In this document: in pieces, positions 40,925-51,276 of the stretch
How positions within the stretch are numbered: position 1 is the first letter of the stretch
Layout of the letters: each line of letters opens with the position of its first letter
Assembly: GCF_965261555.1 (NCBI RefSeq)
Contig: NZ_OZ253465.1
Coordinates: forward strand, 878,667 to 942,666
Source of the DNA: Candidatus Palauibacter sp.
GTDB lineage: Bacteria; Gemmatimonadota; Gemmatimonadetes; Palauibacterales; Palauibacteraceae
DNA: 64,000 bases
Direction of reading: 5' to 3'
Translations under genes and position numbers: made by a program
Notes under the pieces: generated by a model
Told to the model about the DNA's origin: nothing
Seen by the model: only the letters and a program-made list of their open reading frames with translations
The model's database searches: none

Positions 40925-41914
40925 CTACGGGCGCGGCGGCTCGACGGGGCGCGCGACCATGATGCCGTCCTGCGAGTCGATGGAGAGGATCCGCTCCGCC
41001 AGCGGCCGCTCCGAAATCTCCACCGACCTTCCGACGAGGGGGGCGTGGAGGAGGTGAAGCGCCCCGTCCCGCCACACGGCGAATCCGGTGTGGGCGACAT
41101 CCAGTCCTTCGACGGTCGAAGTGGCCGCGATCACGTCGCCGTTGCGGATCCGGTCCGCCACCTGCGCGATCCGATCCTGCGGCACGTACTGCCGGCCGGG
41201 CCCCTCGTCGAGCCGCGCCTCGGTGGCCGCGATGGCCCGGAGCACGCCGGGCTCGGAGAGTTGCCGATACGCTTCGGGGTGCCGGGACATGAAGTTCACG
41301 GGCTCCGGATCGATGGCGGGGTCCAGTTCCCCGGTCGCGATGCGCACGATCCCCCGGGCTTCGTTGTCCGCGAGCCACTCCGAGAAGTAGTGCAGGCGGC
41401 TCGGGTACCCGTCGAGCCGGCCCCCGCGGTATCGGAGCGCCGTCAGGTGGGCCTCGTAACCGGCCTGCGCGCCGGGGGGATCCGAAAGGGCCTCGACACC
41501 CTGCTCGCGGACGAACCGCGTCAGGGCGAGGACGGTTTCGACGAGGGTCACGCAGTCGAGTTCGCGGAAGTTGATCACGAGGCGCTCGGGTCCGGGGACT
41601 TCGAGCGTGCCGGGTTCGTACGTCGTCCCGACGAAGGTTTCGGCAAGCTGAACGATGGCGTCGCCCAGGTCCATCTCCGCGAGCCCGCGCTCCGAGGCGA
41701 ACCGCACCCTCTCCTCGAAGATCGCCCAGTCCTCCGGGGCCCAGGCGGTTCCGTCCGAAGGCGCGGAAGATTCCGTGCCGACGCCGCCGGTCTCGTCAAC
41801 CACGGTCGAGGTGGAGGGCTGGGCCTGCGACCAGGCGAGCGCCGCGATGACGGCCACGGTGACAAGGATACAGCCGACGACTTTCGCCAGCGTGAAGACG
41901 CTGCGCCATCTCAT
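40925..41914 (-). CDS. DUF1460-like (amidase-like) secreted protein
   Basis: Start MRWRSVFTLAKVVGCILVTVAVIAALA (signal anchor). Pattern ...YEPGTLE..GPERLVINFRELDCVTLVETVLAL... resembles DUF1460. Confidence 0.45.
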   Translation of the reverse strand: MRWRSVFTLAKVVGCILVTVAVIAALAWSQAQPSTSTVVDETGGVGTESSAPSDGTAWAPEDWAIFEERVRFASERGLAEMDLGDAIVQLAETFVGTTYEPGTLEVPGPERLVINFRELDCVTLVETVLALTRFVREQGVEALSDPPGAQAGYEAHLTALRYRGGRLDGYPSRLHYFSEWLADNEARGIVRIATGELDPAIDPEPVNFMSRHPEAYRQLSEPGVLRAIAATEARLDEGPGRQYVPQDRIAQVADRIRNGDVIAATSTVEGLDVAHTGFAVWRDGALHLLHAPLVGRSVEISERPLAERILSIDSQDGIMVARPVEPPRP

Positions 41915-42140
41915 GTCGAACTGAGGTTGAGCACGACTCGTTCCTCCCCTTCCCTGTATTCGATCCGAAGCGAGCGATTCACCGCCGTCCACCAGTGTCG
42001 CATCCGGCGCTGGAAGCCGGCCAGACCCGCATGGCCTTCCCCTCGCGCCGCTGCGCCGCCATCGCTCGCCGCTTTGCCGGAGGTCGGCTACCTTGGTGGG
42101 CTTCCACACTGAAGGCCGCTCCCTCTGCCGAGAGTCATAG

Positions 42141-44975
42141 ATGAAAACGTCCCGCTTGCCCGGCTTCGCTTTCGTTCCGACCGCCGCCGCCCTCCTCTCG
42201 TTCTCCGCTCCCGGAGCGGCGGCGCAGACTCCGGCTCCGACGGATCCGATTCCGCCGGATCCGGCCGTCATCACCGGGACGCTCGACAACGGCCTGCGCT
42301 ACTTCGTGCACGAGAACGATCAGCCGGAGAACCGGGCGGAACTGCGCCTCGTCGTGAACGCGGGCTCCATCCTCGAGGACGACGACCAGCTCGGGTTCGC
42401 GCACTTCGTCGAGCACATGGCGTTCAACGGCACGGAGAACTTCGAGAAGCAGGCGCTCGTCGACTATCTCGAGTCGATCGGGATGCAGTTCGGCCCCGAC
42501 ATCAACGCGTACACGAGCTTCGACGAGACGGTCTACATGCTCCAGGTGCCGATGGACGACCCGGAGATGCTGGCCACCGCGTTCCGGATCCTCGAGGACT
42601 GGGCGCAGGGCGTGGTCTTCGACCCGGAGGAGGTCGACAAGGAGCGCGGCGTCGTGATCGAGGAATGGCGCGGCCGGCGAGGAGCCGGAGCGCGGATACA
42701 GGACCAGCAGTTCCCGGTCCTCTTCCAGGGGTCGCTGTACGCGGAACGACTCCCGATCGGGAAGCCGGAGCTCCTCGAGACGGCCCCCGCCGAGCGGCTG
42801 CGCAGCTTCTACGAAGACTGGTACCGGCCGGACCTGATGGCGATCGTCGCCGTCGGCGATTTCGACGGCGCCGAAATGGAAGCGACGATTCGCGAGCGGT
42901 TCGCAGGGTTGACCGGGCCCGCGGAGCCGCGTCCCCGGATCGCGGTCGAAGTCCCGATCGACCATCCGCCGCTCGTCACGATCGCGACCGACCCCGAAGC
43001 GCCGGGCAGTCAGGTCGGCGTGCTGTACAAGCAGCCGCCCGCCCCGCGCGGCACGATCGGCGACTTCCGCCGCGGGCTGGTCGAAGGGCTCTACTCCGGC
43101 ATGCTGAACGCGCGGCTGAACGAGCTCCGGCTCCAGGCCGACCCGCCGTTCATGGTCGGTTTTTCGGGTCAGGGGCAGTTCGCGCGCGGCGTGGATGCCT
43201 ACCAGCTCGTCGCGGTCGTCGCCGAGGGCGGGATCGAGCGCGGGCTCGAAGCGCTCCTCACCGAGGCCGAGCGCGTCGTTCAGAACGGGTTCACCGAGAG
43301 CGAGCTGGATCGCGAAAAGACGAACACCCGGCGGAGATACGAACGCCGTCTGGCCGAGCGGGAGAACCAGGAGTCCGGCGCGCTCGCGAGCCGCTACATA
43401 CAGGTGTTTCTCCAGGGGAGCGCCTACCCCGATCTCGAGACGCAGATGGAGTTGGTGGACGCCTTCCTCCCCGGGATCACGCTCGAGGAGACGAACGGCG
43501 TCGCCCAGGCGTGGCTGGCCGAGCAGGGACGCGTCGTCCTCGCCAGCGCGCCCACGAAGGAAGGCCTGGAACCCCCCACGGAAGACGACCTCCTGAGCGT
43601 GTTCGCCGCGGTAGGCGGGAGGGAGGTCGAGGCCTACGAGGACGAGGCGGCCGATGCCCCGCTCCTTCCCGTCGCTCCCGAGGGCATGCCCGTCGCGAGC
43701 GAGGAGGTCCTCGACGAGTTGGGAGTCACGATATGGACCCTCGAGAACGGCGTCCGGGTCGTCCTGAAGCCCACGGATTTCAAGGACGACGAGATCCTCT
43801 TCTCCGCGACGAGCCCCGGCGGCACGTCGATCATATCCGATGACCTGTACCGACGCGTGTCGTTCGCCCTCGGCGTCGTGAGCCAGTCCGGCGTCGGCGA
43901 ATTCGACCAGACGGCGTTGACGAAGAAGCTGGCCGGCAAGGCGGTGCGCGTCACCGCTTCGGTGGGTTCGCTCTCGGAGGGGGTAAGTGGATCGGCGTCT
44001 CCGCAGGACGTGGAGACCGCATTCCAACTCATCTACCTGTACTTCTCCGCGCCACGCAGGGACGAGACGATGTTCGAGGCGCTGAAGGCCCAGCAGACGG
44101 CGTTCCTCGCGAATGCGGGCGCGAGTCCCGGTTTCGTGTTCTCCGACACGATCTCGGCCACGATGTCGCAGGGGCACCCGAGGGTACTCAGGTTCTCGCA
44201 GTTTGCGCAGTACCTGGAGCTGGCCGACCTCGACGCGGCGTACGACGTCTACCTCGACCGTTTCGCGGACGCGAGCGACTTCACCTTCTACTTCACGGGG
44301 GCCTTCGATCTCGCGACGATCCGGCCGCTCGTGGAACAGTATCTCGGGGCGCTTCCGAATCTCGGGCGTGTCGAGAGCTGGCGGGACATCGGGATCGATC
44401 CGCCGGCCGGGACGATCGAAACGACCGTCTACAAGGGTCTGGAGCCGCAGAGCCGCACGCAGATCATCTTCGCGGGCGAGGCGGAATACTCGCTGGAGGA
44501 GTCGAACGCGATCTCGGCCATGGCGGACGTCCTGGACATCCGCCTCCGGGAGGTGCTGCGGGAAGACCTCGGCGGCACCTACGGCGTCGGCGTCAGCGGG
44601 TCGCTGAGCTACCGGCCCGACGAGGAGTACCGCTTCAGCATCTCCTTCGGCTCGGACCCGGAACGCGCGGAGGAGTTGTCCGCCGTCGTGTTCGAGGAGA
44701 TCGAAAGCCTGAAGGCGGACGGGCCGGACGCGGAGACCGTCGACAAGGTCCGCGAGACGCAGCGCCGCGGGAAGGAGACGAGCCTGCAGGAGAACCGGTA
44801 CTGGCTGTCGCAGCTGGCCTCCTTCGAACGGGCCGGCCGGGACCTGAACGGGATCCCGAGCTACGAGTGGATCGAGAACTGGACCGCGGAGCAGGTGCGG
44901 CAGGCCGCCGTCCGTTACCTCCGCACCGACCAGTACGCCCGGTTTGTCCTGCTTCCGGAGCAGAAGGTCCCCTAG
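42141..44975 (+). CDS. M16 family zinc peptidase (pitrilysin/insulinase-like, two-module)
   Basis: Signal peptide. Inverted zinc motif HFVEHMAFNGTENF (HxxEH). About 940 aa with tandem M16 active and inactive domains. Confidence 0.8.
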   Translation: MKTSRLPGFAFVPTAAALLSFSAPGAAAQTPAPTDPIPPDPAVITGTLDNGLRYFVHENDQPENRAELRLVVNAGSILEDDDQLGFAHFVEHMAFNGTENFEKQALVDYLESIGMQFGPDINAYTSFDETVYMLQVPMDDPEMLATAFRILEDWAQGVVFDPEEVDKERGVVIEEWRGRRGAGARIQDQQFPVLFQGSLYAERLPIGKPELLETAPAERLRSFYEDWYRPDLMAIVAVGDFDGAEMEATIRERFAGLTGPAEPRPRIAVEVPIDHPPLVTIATDPEAPGSQVGVLYKQPPAPRGTIGDFRRGLVEGLYSGMLNARLNELRLQADPPFMVGFSGQGQFARGVDAYQLVAVVAEGGIERGLEALLTEAERVVQNGFTESELDREKTNTRRRYERRLAERENQESGALASRYIQVFLQGSAYPDLETQMELVDAFLPGITLEETNGVAQAWLAEQGRVVLASAPTKEGLEPPTEDDLLSVFAAVGGREVEAYEDEAADAPLLPVAPEGMPVASEEVLDELGVTIWTLENGVRVVLKPTDFKDDEILFSATSPGGTSIISDDLYRRVSFALGVVSQSGVGEFDQTALTKKLAGKAVRVTASVGSLSEGVSGSASPQDVETAFQLIYLYFSAPRRDETMFEALKAQQTAFLANAGASPGFVFSDTISATMSQGHPRVLRFSQFAQYLELADLDAAYDVYLDRFADASDFTFYFTGAFDLATIRPLVEQYLGALPNLGRVESWRDIGIDPPAGTIETTVYKGLEPQSRTQIIFAGEAEYSLEESNAISAMADVLDIRLREVLREDLGGTYGVGVSGSLSYRPDEEYRFSISFGSDPERAEELSAVVFEEIESLKADGPDAETVDKVRETQRRGKETSLQENRYWLSQLASFERAGRDLNGIPSYEWIENWTAEQVRQAAVRYLRTDQYARFVLLPEQKVP

Positions 44976-45011
44976 TATCGCGTGGGGGCGCCACGGCCGG
45001 CGGACGATCGG

Positions 45012-46925
45012 ATGAGCGTCGCCGCACACGCGCGGAGGGAACGTGTGCCAGTCCGGGTCATGCCGGACCACGACAGCATCGCCGCCGAAGTCGCGGGCCG
45101 GATCGCGGCGCTCCTGCGGGAGAGGGCGAAGAACGGGCGCGCCGCCGTTCTCGGCCTCGCAACCGGCGCCACGCCCGTCGGCGTCTATCGGGAACTCATC
45201 CGCCTGCATCGGGACGAAGGACTCGACTTCTCCAACGCGGTCGCCTTCAACCTCGATGAGTACTTCCCGATGCGGCCCGGCAGCCTGCACAGCTATCACC
45301 GCTACATGCGGGAGCACCTGTTCGACCATGTGAACATCCCGGCGGAACACCGCCACATCCCTCGAGGTGATGTGCCGGAAGCGGAGGTCGAGGCGCACTG
45401 CGTCGAGTACGAGCGCCGAATCCGGCAGGCGGGCGGGATCGACTTCCAGATTCTCGGGATCGGGCGCAGCGGTCACATCGGCTTCAACGAGCCGGGGTCC
45501 GAGCGCGACTCGCGCACCCGGCGGCTCTACCTGGATACCGTCACCCGGAGCGATGCGGCGTCCGATTTCTTCGGCGAGGAGAACGTGCCGCCGCAGGCGA
45601 TCACGATGGGCGTGGCTACAATCCTCGAAGCGCGGGAAGTCGTCCTGCTCGCGACCGGCGAACACAAGGCGGGGATCGTGCGTCGAGCCGTCGAGGGGGA
45701 GGTCCACGCGGACGTCGCCGCGACCTTTCTTCAGCAGCACGCCGCCGCGACGGTCTATCTCGATCCGGCCGCCGCTTCCGATCTCACGCGCGTTCGCACG
45801 CCGTGGCTCGTGGGCGATGTGGATTGGACGGCGGAGCGCGAGACCGCGGCCGTCATCTGGCTGAGCGAACGCATCGACAAGTCGATCCTGCACCTCGCGA
45901 CCGACGACTATCGCGCGAACCACCTCGCGCCGCTCACGTCCCGGCACGGTTCGGCCGAGCCGCTCAACGGACAGGTCTTCAACGCGCTCATCTCCAAGAT
46001 CCGGGGGAAGAGCCGGCTGCCGCGCGGCCAGAACATCGTCGTCTTCTCGCCTCATCCGGACGACGATGTGATCTCGATGGGCGGACTGCTGCGCAAGCTC
46101 GTCGAGAACGGCAACCACGTCACCGTGGCGTATCAGACGTCCGGGAACATCGCCGTCTTCGACCACGAGGTGCGCCGGTACCTGGACTTCCTGCGGCGCG
46201 CGGCCGGCGTCATCGACCTTGGCGACGCCGCGAGCCTCGATGGGGTGCTGCGCTCTCTCGAAGACCGGCTCGCCCGCAAGGAGCCGGGGGGCATCGATCC
46301 CGGCGTGGTTCAGGAACTCAAGCGGATCATCCGCGAGACGGAAGCCACGGCCGCGATCGAATCTCTGGGGCTCTCCGCCAACCGCGCCCGCTTTCTGAAC
46401 CAGCCGTTCTATCAGACGGGAGCGGTGAAGAAGAACCCGATCACGTCGGAGGACGTGGAGATCGTCGCGCAGCTGCTGGAGCAGGTGCGGCCGACGATCG
46501 TGTTCGCCGCCGGGGACCTGTCCGATCCGCACGGCACGCACCGCATGTGCCTCGAGACGGTGGATGCGGCGCTCGCCGGTTACCGCGGCGACCCCCCGTG
46601 GCTCTGGCTCTACCGCGGCGCGTGGCAGGAGTGGAGCCTGGACGAAGCGACCGTCCTCGTGCCGCTCTCCGAAGGCGAACTGCGCGGCAAGGTCCAGGCG
46701 ATCTTCCGACACGAAACACAGAAGGATCTGGCTCCCTTCCCCGGTCCGGATCCGCGGGAATTCTGGCAGCGCGTCGTCGAACGAAACCGGGATACCGCGA
46801 ACCGGCTCGCCGCCCTGGGCCTGCCGGCCTACTACGCCATGGAGGCGTACGTGACGCTGCGGGATGGACGGCGGGTGGAGGGTCCGGAGATCCCCACCTC
46901 CTCTCTCGCGGACGCAGATGCGTGA
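45012..46925 (+). CDS. nagB: Large-form glucosamine-6-phosphate deaminase (NagB domain fused to LmbE/PIG-L-like domain)
   Basis: N-terminal NagB core (LGLATGATPVGVY...FNLDEY...GIGRSGHIGFNEPGS). C-terminal LmbE-like region with PHPDDDVISMGG motif. Confidence 0.7.
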   Translation: MSVAAHARRERVPVRVMPDHDSIAAEVAGRIAALLRERAKNGRAAVLGLATGATPVGVYRELIRLHRDEGLDFSNAVAFNLDEYFPMRPGSLHSYHRYMREHLFDHVNIPAEHRHIPRGDVPEAEVEAHCVEYERRIRQAGGIDFQILGIGRSGHIGFNEPGSERDSRTRRLYLDTVTRSDAASDFFGEENVPPQAITMGVATILEAREVVLLATGEHKAGIVRRAVEGEVHADVAATFLQQHAAATVYLDPAAASDLTRVRTPWLVGDVDWTAERETAAVIWLSERIDKSILHLATDDYRANHLAPLTSRHGSAEPLNGQVFNALISKIRGKSRLPRGQNIVVFSPHPDDDVISMGGLLRKLVENGNHVTVAYQTSGNIAVFDHEVRRYLDFLRRAAGVIDLGDAASLDGVLRSLEDRLARKEPGGIDPGVVQELKRIIRETEATAAIESLGLSANRARFLNQPFYQTGAVKKNPITSEDVEIVAQLLEQVRPTIVFAAGDLSDPHGTHRMCLETVDAALAGYRGDPPWLWLYRGAWQEWSLDEATVLVPLSEGELRGKVQAIFRHETQKDLAPFPGPDPREFWQRVVERNRDTANRLAALGLPAYYAMEAYVTLRDGRRVEGPEIPTSSLADADA

Positions 46926-46969
46926 ACCCGTGGCGCACCTGATCGGACGGCGCGGCGTGACAGTCTGAC

Positions 46970-47674
46970 GTGGGCGGGTTCTTCGGTACGGAACGCGTGC
47001 CGTTCGATCTCTTCGGGCCGGTGCATCTCGCGACGATCGGCGTCGTGGTCGCGGTGGGCCTCTATGTGATCCGCGCCGGGATGGCGGCCGATGAGCGGGG
47101 CAGACGCCGCCTCCGCGTGGCGATGGGCCTCACGATCTTCTTCTTTCTCGTTTCGAGGCACGCCTGGAAGGCCGCGACGGGGCTGTGGGCCGCAGAGAAC
47201 GACATACCGCTTCACCTGTGCAACATCATGGGCTGGGTGACCCTGTACGGGCTGTGGACCCGGCATCCCGCGGTTCTCCGTCTCATGTACTTCCTGGGGG
47301 TGGCGGGGGCGGCGCAGGCCCTCCTGACCCCGAATACCGAGTTCGGCGTCGTGCACATCACCTTCTTCGAGTCGATGGGGTCGCATGGAACCGTCGTCAT
47401 CGCCGGGGTGTGGGCGGCGATGGTGGAAGGCTATCGGCCGGCGGCGCGCGATCCGTGGATCGCCCTGGGACTGCTGAACCTGTACGCGGTCGTCGTCTAT
47501 CCGGTGAACCTGCTGCTCGGGTCGAACTATCTCTACGTGATCGAGAAGCCGCTGGGGCCCACGGTCCTCGATTTCTTTCCCGGCTGGCCATGGTACATTC
47601 TGCTTCTGGAACCTGTGGCCATCGGGCTCTTTCTGGCGCTGTGGCTTCCCTTCCGGAACCCGGCGGCGGACTGA
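46970..47674 (+). CDS. TIGR02206/YwaF-like integral membrane protein
   Basis: Seven hydrophobic segments. Conserved LHLCNIMGWVTLYGLW and ...FFESMGSHGTVVIAG... patterns. Confidence 0.5.
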   Translation: MGGFFGTERVPFDLFGPVHLATIGVVVAVGLYVIRAGMAADERGRRRLRVAMGLTIFFFLVSRHAWKAATGLWAAENDIPLHLCNIMGWVTLYGLWTRHPAVLRLMYFLGVAGAAQALLTPNTEFGVVHITFFESMGSHGTVVIAGVWAAMVEGYRPAARDPWIALGLLNLYAVVVYPVNLLLGSNYLYVIEKPLGPTVLDFFPGWPWYILLLEPVAIGLFLALWLPFRNPAAD

Positions 47675-47749
47675 CGGTACCAAGTCTCTTCCCGCTCGAA
47701 CAACCTGTAAAAGAACCCCTGCGAAGAACCCCAATGGAGGATGGACGGC

Positions 47750-47914
47750 ATGCCGGAATGTCCTGTATGCGGCGCGGAACCGACGATTTCGGACGACCCC
47801 GTCGAGGGCGAGTTGCTCGAATGTGAGGATTGCGGAGTCGAACTCGAGATCCTCGCCCTTGACCCCATCACCCTTGGAGAGGCGCCGGACGCGGAGGAGG
47901 ACTGGGGCGAATGA
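47750..47914 (+). CDS. lysW: Amino-group carrier protein LysW/ArgW (absent from the supplied ORF track because it is <60 aa)
   Basis: [54 protein letters not shown]. Two CxxC zinc-ribbon pairs and the hallmark C-terminal EDWGE. Stop overlaps the lysX ATG (ATGA). An alternative in-frame ATG lies at 47741. Confidence 0.75.
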   Translation: MPECPVCGAEPTISDDPVEGELLECEDCGVELEILALDPITLGEAPDAEEDWGE

Positions 47915-48759
47915 GAGTCGGCTTTCTTCATTCGCTCATCCGCAAGGACGAGAAGCTGCTGATCGCGGAGTTGCGCGGGCGCGGCGACGTCGAACTGGTG
48001 TTTCTGGACGACCGCAAGCTCGCGTTCGACTTCCGGAACGTCCCGGACGTCGACGTCGTCCTCGAGCGCTGCATCAACCATTCGCGGGCCATGCACGCGT
48101 TGCGGCTGTTCGAGGGGGCCGGTCTCGATTGCGTGAACCGCTACGAGGTGTCGCGCCGCTGCGGGGACAAGATCCTCACCGCGGCATCGCTCCAGGAATG
48201 CGGTGTGCCGCAGCCTGAGGTCAGGGTCGCGTTCACCGAGGAGTCCGCGCTCAAGGCCATCGAGGAACTCGGCTATCCCGTGGTCCTCAAGCCCGCGGTC
48301 GGCTCCTGGGGCCGCCTTCTGTCGAGGATCAACGACCGGCACGCGGCGGAGACGGTCCTCGAACACAAGGCGATCCTGGGCAGCTATCATCACTCGATCT
48401 TCTTCGTGCAGAAGTACGTCGAGAAACGCGGGCGCGACATCCGCGCGTTCGTCGTCGGCGACGACTGCGTGGCGGCCATCTACCGGTCGTCCGAGCACTG
48501 GATCACGAATACGGCACGCGGCGGAACGGCCTCGAACTGTCCGGTGACGAGCGAGATTGGAGAGCTGTCGCTGCGCGCGGCGGCCGCCATGGGCGGGGGC
48601 GTGGTCGCGGTGGATCTGCTCGAGAGCGGCGGCGAACTGCTGGTCAACGAGGTGAACTACACGATGGAGTTCCGGAACAGCATCGAGGCGACGGGCGTGA
48701 ACATTCCGGAGAGGATCGTGTCCTACGTGCTCTCGCCGGACCGGGCGGCGGACCGATGA
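47911..48759 (+). CDS. lysX: ATP-grasp ligase LysX/ArgX (RimK family) that loads substrate onto LysW
   Basis: RimK-like ATP-grasp. Stop overlaps the lysY ATG (ATGA). Confidence 0.8.
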   Translation: MRVGFLHSLIRKDEKLLIAELRGRGDVELVFLDDRKLAFDFRNVPDVDVVLERCINHSRAMHALRLFEGAGLDCVNRYEVSRRCGDKILTAASLQECGVPQPEVRVAFTEESALKAIEELGYPVVLKPAVGSWGRLLSRINDRHAAETVLEHKAILGSYHHSIFFVQKYVEKRGRDIRAFVVGDDCVAAIYRSSEHWITNTARGGTASNCPVTSEIGELSLRAAAAMGGGVVAVDLLESGGELLVNEVNYTMEFRNSIEATGVNIPERIVSYVLSPDRAADR

Positions 48760-49778
48760 TCCGCGCGTCGATCGCGGGCGGCTCGGGCTACGCCGGTGGG
48801 GAACTGTTGAGGCTCCTGCTCGGCCATCCCGACGTCGAGGTGCGGCAGATCACATCGGAGCGCTTCGCCGGGCGGTTCGCGCGCCGGGTCCATCCCAACC
48901 TGCGCGGCGTCACGCGACTGCGCTTCAGCGCGCTCGAGGAGCTGTCGGAGTGCGACGTGCTCTTCCTCTGTCTCCCGCACGGGGAGTCGTCCCGCCGCAT
49001 CGGCGAGTTCCGGTCTCTGGCGGGGCGGATCGTCGACCTGGGCGCGGACTTCCGGCTCGAGGACGGCGCCGACTATGAGCGCTTCTACGGCCGGCCGCAC
49101 CCTCGGCCGGAGCTCCTGGGATCGTTCGTGTACGGGATCGCGGAGGTGAACCGCGAGGCGCTGGCGGCCGCGGAGCTCGTCGCGTGCGCGGGCTGCAACG
49201 CGACGGCCTCCATCCTCGGGCTCCTGCCGCTGTACCGGGAGGGGGTCGCGGACTCGGTCGTGATCGAGGTGAAGGTGGGATCGAGCGAGGCCGGGAACCG
49301 CGCCAGCGAGGGCAGCCACCACCCGGAGCGCAGCGGCGCCATGCGGTCGTATCGGCCGACGGGCCACCGCCACGCGGCCGAGATCGCGGCGGTGCTCGGC
49401 GGCGACGTGCATTTCTCCGCGACGGCGGTCGAGATGGTGCGCGGCGTCCTCGCCACCTGTCACGTGTTCCTGAACCGGGAGCTGGATGAGAAGGCGCTGT
49501 GGAAGATCTATCGGAGCGCGTACGCCGACGAACCGTTCGTGCGCATCGTCAAGGAGCGGAGCGGCATCCACCGCTATCCCGACCCCAACCTCCTGGCGGG
49601 CGCGAACTACTGTGACGTGGGGTTCGAGCGCGATCCGCTCTCGAACCGGGTCGTCGTCCTGAGCGCGATCGACAATCTCATGAAGGGAGCGGCGGGACAG
49701 GCGGTGCAGGCGTTCAACGTGATGCACGGGTTGCCGGAGGCGCGGGGGCTCGAGTTCCCCGGGCTGCATCCGGCCTGA
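48756..49778 (+). CDS. lysY: LysY/ArgC-type N-acetyl-gamma-glutamyl-phosphate reductase family protein
   Basis: [17 protein letters not shown] Rossmann N-terminus. Catalytic Cys region [14 protein letters not shown]. ArgC fold. Confidence 0.8.
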   Translation: MIRASIAGGSGYAGGELLRLLLGHPDVEVRQITSERFAGRFARRVHPNLRGVTRLRFSALEELSECDVLFLCLPHGESSRRIGEFRSLAGRIVDLGADFRLEDGADYERFYGRPHPRPELLGSFVYGIAEVNREALAAAELVACAGCNATASILGLLPLYREGVADSVVIEVKVGSSEAGNRASEGSHHPERSGAMRSYRPTGHRHAAEIAAVLGGDVHFSATAVEMVRGVLATCHVFLNRELDEKALWKIYRSAYADEPFVRIVKERSGIHRYPDPNLLAGANYCDVGFERDPLSNRVVVLSAIDNLMKGAAGQAVQAFNVMHGLPEARGLEFPGLHPA

Positions 49779-49803
49779 CCGCGACACGCGGAGCTGAATC
49801 CTC

Positions 49804-50460
49804 GTGTGCCGCATCCTCTGCGTCCGCAGCGACGAGCCCTTCGACATGGAGCCGCACCTCGCCGCCTTCGCGCAGCTCGCCCGAGAGAGTCCCGAGTATC
49901 AGGGCGACGGGTGGGGGTGCGCCTGGATCGATGCCGACGGGTCCGACGGGTGGCGCGTCTACCGCAACATCTCGCCGGTGTGGGAGGACGCCGCGGCGCC
50001 GCCCGGGCGCACGAGGCTTCTGCTCGCGCACGCGAGGAGCGCGTATCGCGGAGAAGGGATACGGGTCGAGAACAACATGCCGTTCTTCGACGGGGAACGC
50101 GCGTTCATCTTCAACGGGGAGCTGCACGGAGTGCGGATCAAGGAACGGGGGCGGATCGGCGCGGAGAAGGTGTTCAACTTCGTCAAGCGCTTCGATGATG
50201 GAGACATGGGCCGTGCGCTGGAGCGAGGACTCGATGCGATCGAGAAGCGTACCCGTTACGTGCGGGCGATGAATCTGATCATCGCCGATGCATCGCGCCG
50301 GGTCCACTTCGCGACCCGATTCAGCGAGGATCCGGACTACTTCCGGATGCATGCCGCCCACCGGGACGGTGTGCGGATCCTGTGCTCGGCGCCCTATCCG
50401 GCTCCGGACGGGCGGGGGGCGTGGACGCCGGTGGCCAACGGCGCCATCGGGACGTTCTGA
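49804..50460 (+). CDS. Class-II glutamine-amidotransferase-like Ntn hydrolase (EgtC/YafJ type) embedded in the LysW cluster
   Basis: N-terminal MCRILCV (Cys2 nucleophile after Met removal). ...GDGWGCAW...RSAYRGEG...NNMPFFDGERAFIFNGEL... aligns with EgtC/YafJ-type gamma-glutamyl amidohydrolases. Confidence 0.65.
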   Translation: MCRILCVRSDEPFDMEPHLAAFAQLARESPEYQGDGWGCAWIDADGSDGWRVYRNISPVWEDAAAPPGRTRLLLAHARSAYRGEGIRVENNMPFFDGERAFIFNGELHGVRIKERGRIGAEKVFNFVKRFDDGDMGRALERGLDAIEKRTRYVRAMNLIIADASRRVHFATRFSEDPDYFRMHAAHRDGVRILCSAPYPAPDGRGAWTPVANGAIGTF

Positions 50461-50463
50461 TCG

Positions 50464-51276
50464 ATGCGACGCGAACCCGACGGGCTGCTTCTCGTCAAGA
50501 TCGGCGGCGGAGCATCCATCAATCTGGACGGGATCGCTCGCGACCTGGCGGACTTGTCCGGTCCGCTCGTCATCGTGCACGGCGCGAACGCGCTGCGCGA
50601 TTCCCTGGCCCGGAGGCTCGGGGTCGAGAAGCGCATCCTCACGTCCGTGTCCGGACACGAGAGCGTACGTTCCGACCGCGACCTGATCGACGTGATGCTC
50701 ATGGCCTACGCGGGCCTGCGAAACAAGCGCATCGTGGAACTGCTGCAGGGTCGGGGCGTGAACGCGGTCGGGCTCACCGGGCTCGACGGCGCGCTCGTGC
50801 GCGGCCGCCGCAACCGGGGAATCCGGGTGAGAGAGGGCGGCAAGACGCTGATCAAGCGGGACCTGTCCGGGAAACCCGTGGAGGTGAACCACAAGCTGAT
50901 GGCGTTGCTCCTCGACGGTGGTTTCACGCCGGTGGTGACCGTTCCGCTGATCGACGAACACAACGTGGCGATCAACTCGGAGAACGATGACGTCGTGACG
51001 CTGCTGAGCGACGAACTGCGAGCAGACTGCGTGATCCAGTTGATCGAGGCGCCCGGTTTCCTCGAGGACCCTGACGATCCGGGGTCGGTCGTCGCACGGC
51101 TCGCGCGCGCGGAGCTTGCGCGTCGGGAGGGCGAGGTCGCCGGGCGCATGAAGCGGAAGCTGCTCGCCCTGAGGCGACTCGTGGAATCCGGCACGACGCG
51201 CGTGGTGATCGCGGACGGGCGCGTCGAACGCCCGATCTCGGAGGCGCTGGCCGGACGGGGCACGGTCATCGGATGA
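50464..51276 (+). CDS. lysZ: LysZ/ArgB-type amino-acid kinase (acetylglutamate-kinase family)
   Basis: LLVKIGGGASINLDGIARDLADL...VIVHGANA... amino acid kinase fold. Stop overlaps the lysJ ATG (ATGA). Confidence 0.8.
   Translation: MRREPDGLLLVKIGGGASINLDGIARDLADLSGPLVIVHGANALRDSLARRLGVEKRILTSVSGHESVRSDRDLIDVMLMAYAGLRNKRIVELLQGRGVNAVGLTGLDGALVRGRRNRGIRVREGGKTLIKRDLSGKPVEVNHKLMALLLDGGFTPVVTVPLIDEHNVAINSENDDVVTLLSDELRADCVIQLIEAPGFLEDPDDPGSVVARLARAELARREGEVAGRMKRKLLALRRLVESGTTRVVIADGRVERPISEALAGRGTVIG

Noticed and set aside
42135-46712. 1525-aa minus-strand ORF
   Set aside because: Antisense to the M16 peptidase and NagB genes. Low-complexity Arg/Asp/Gly-rich product. A high-GC artefact.
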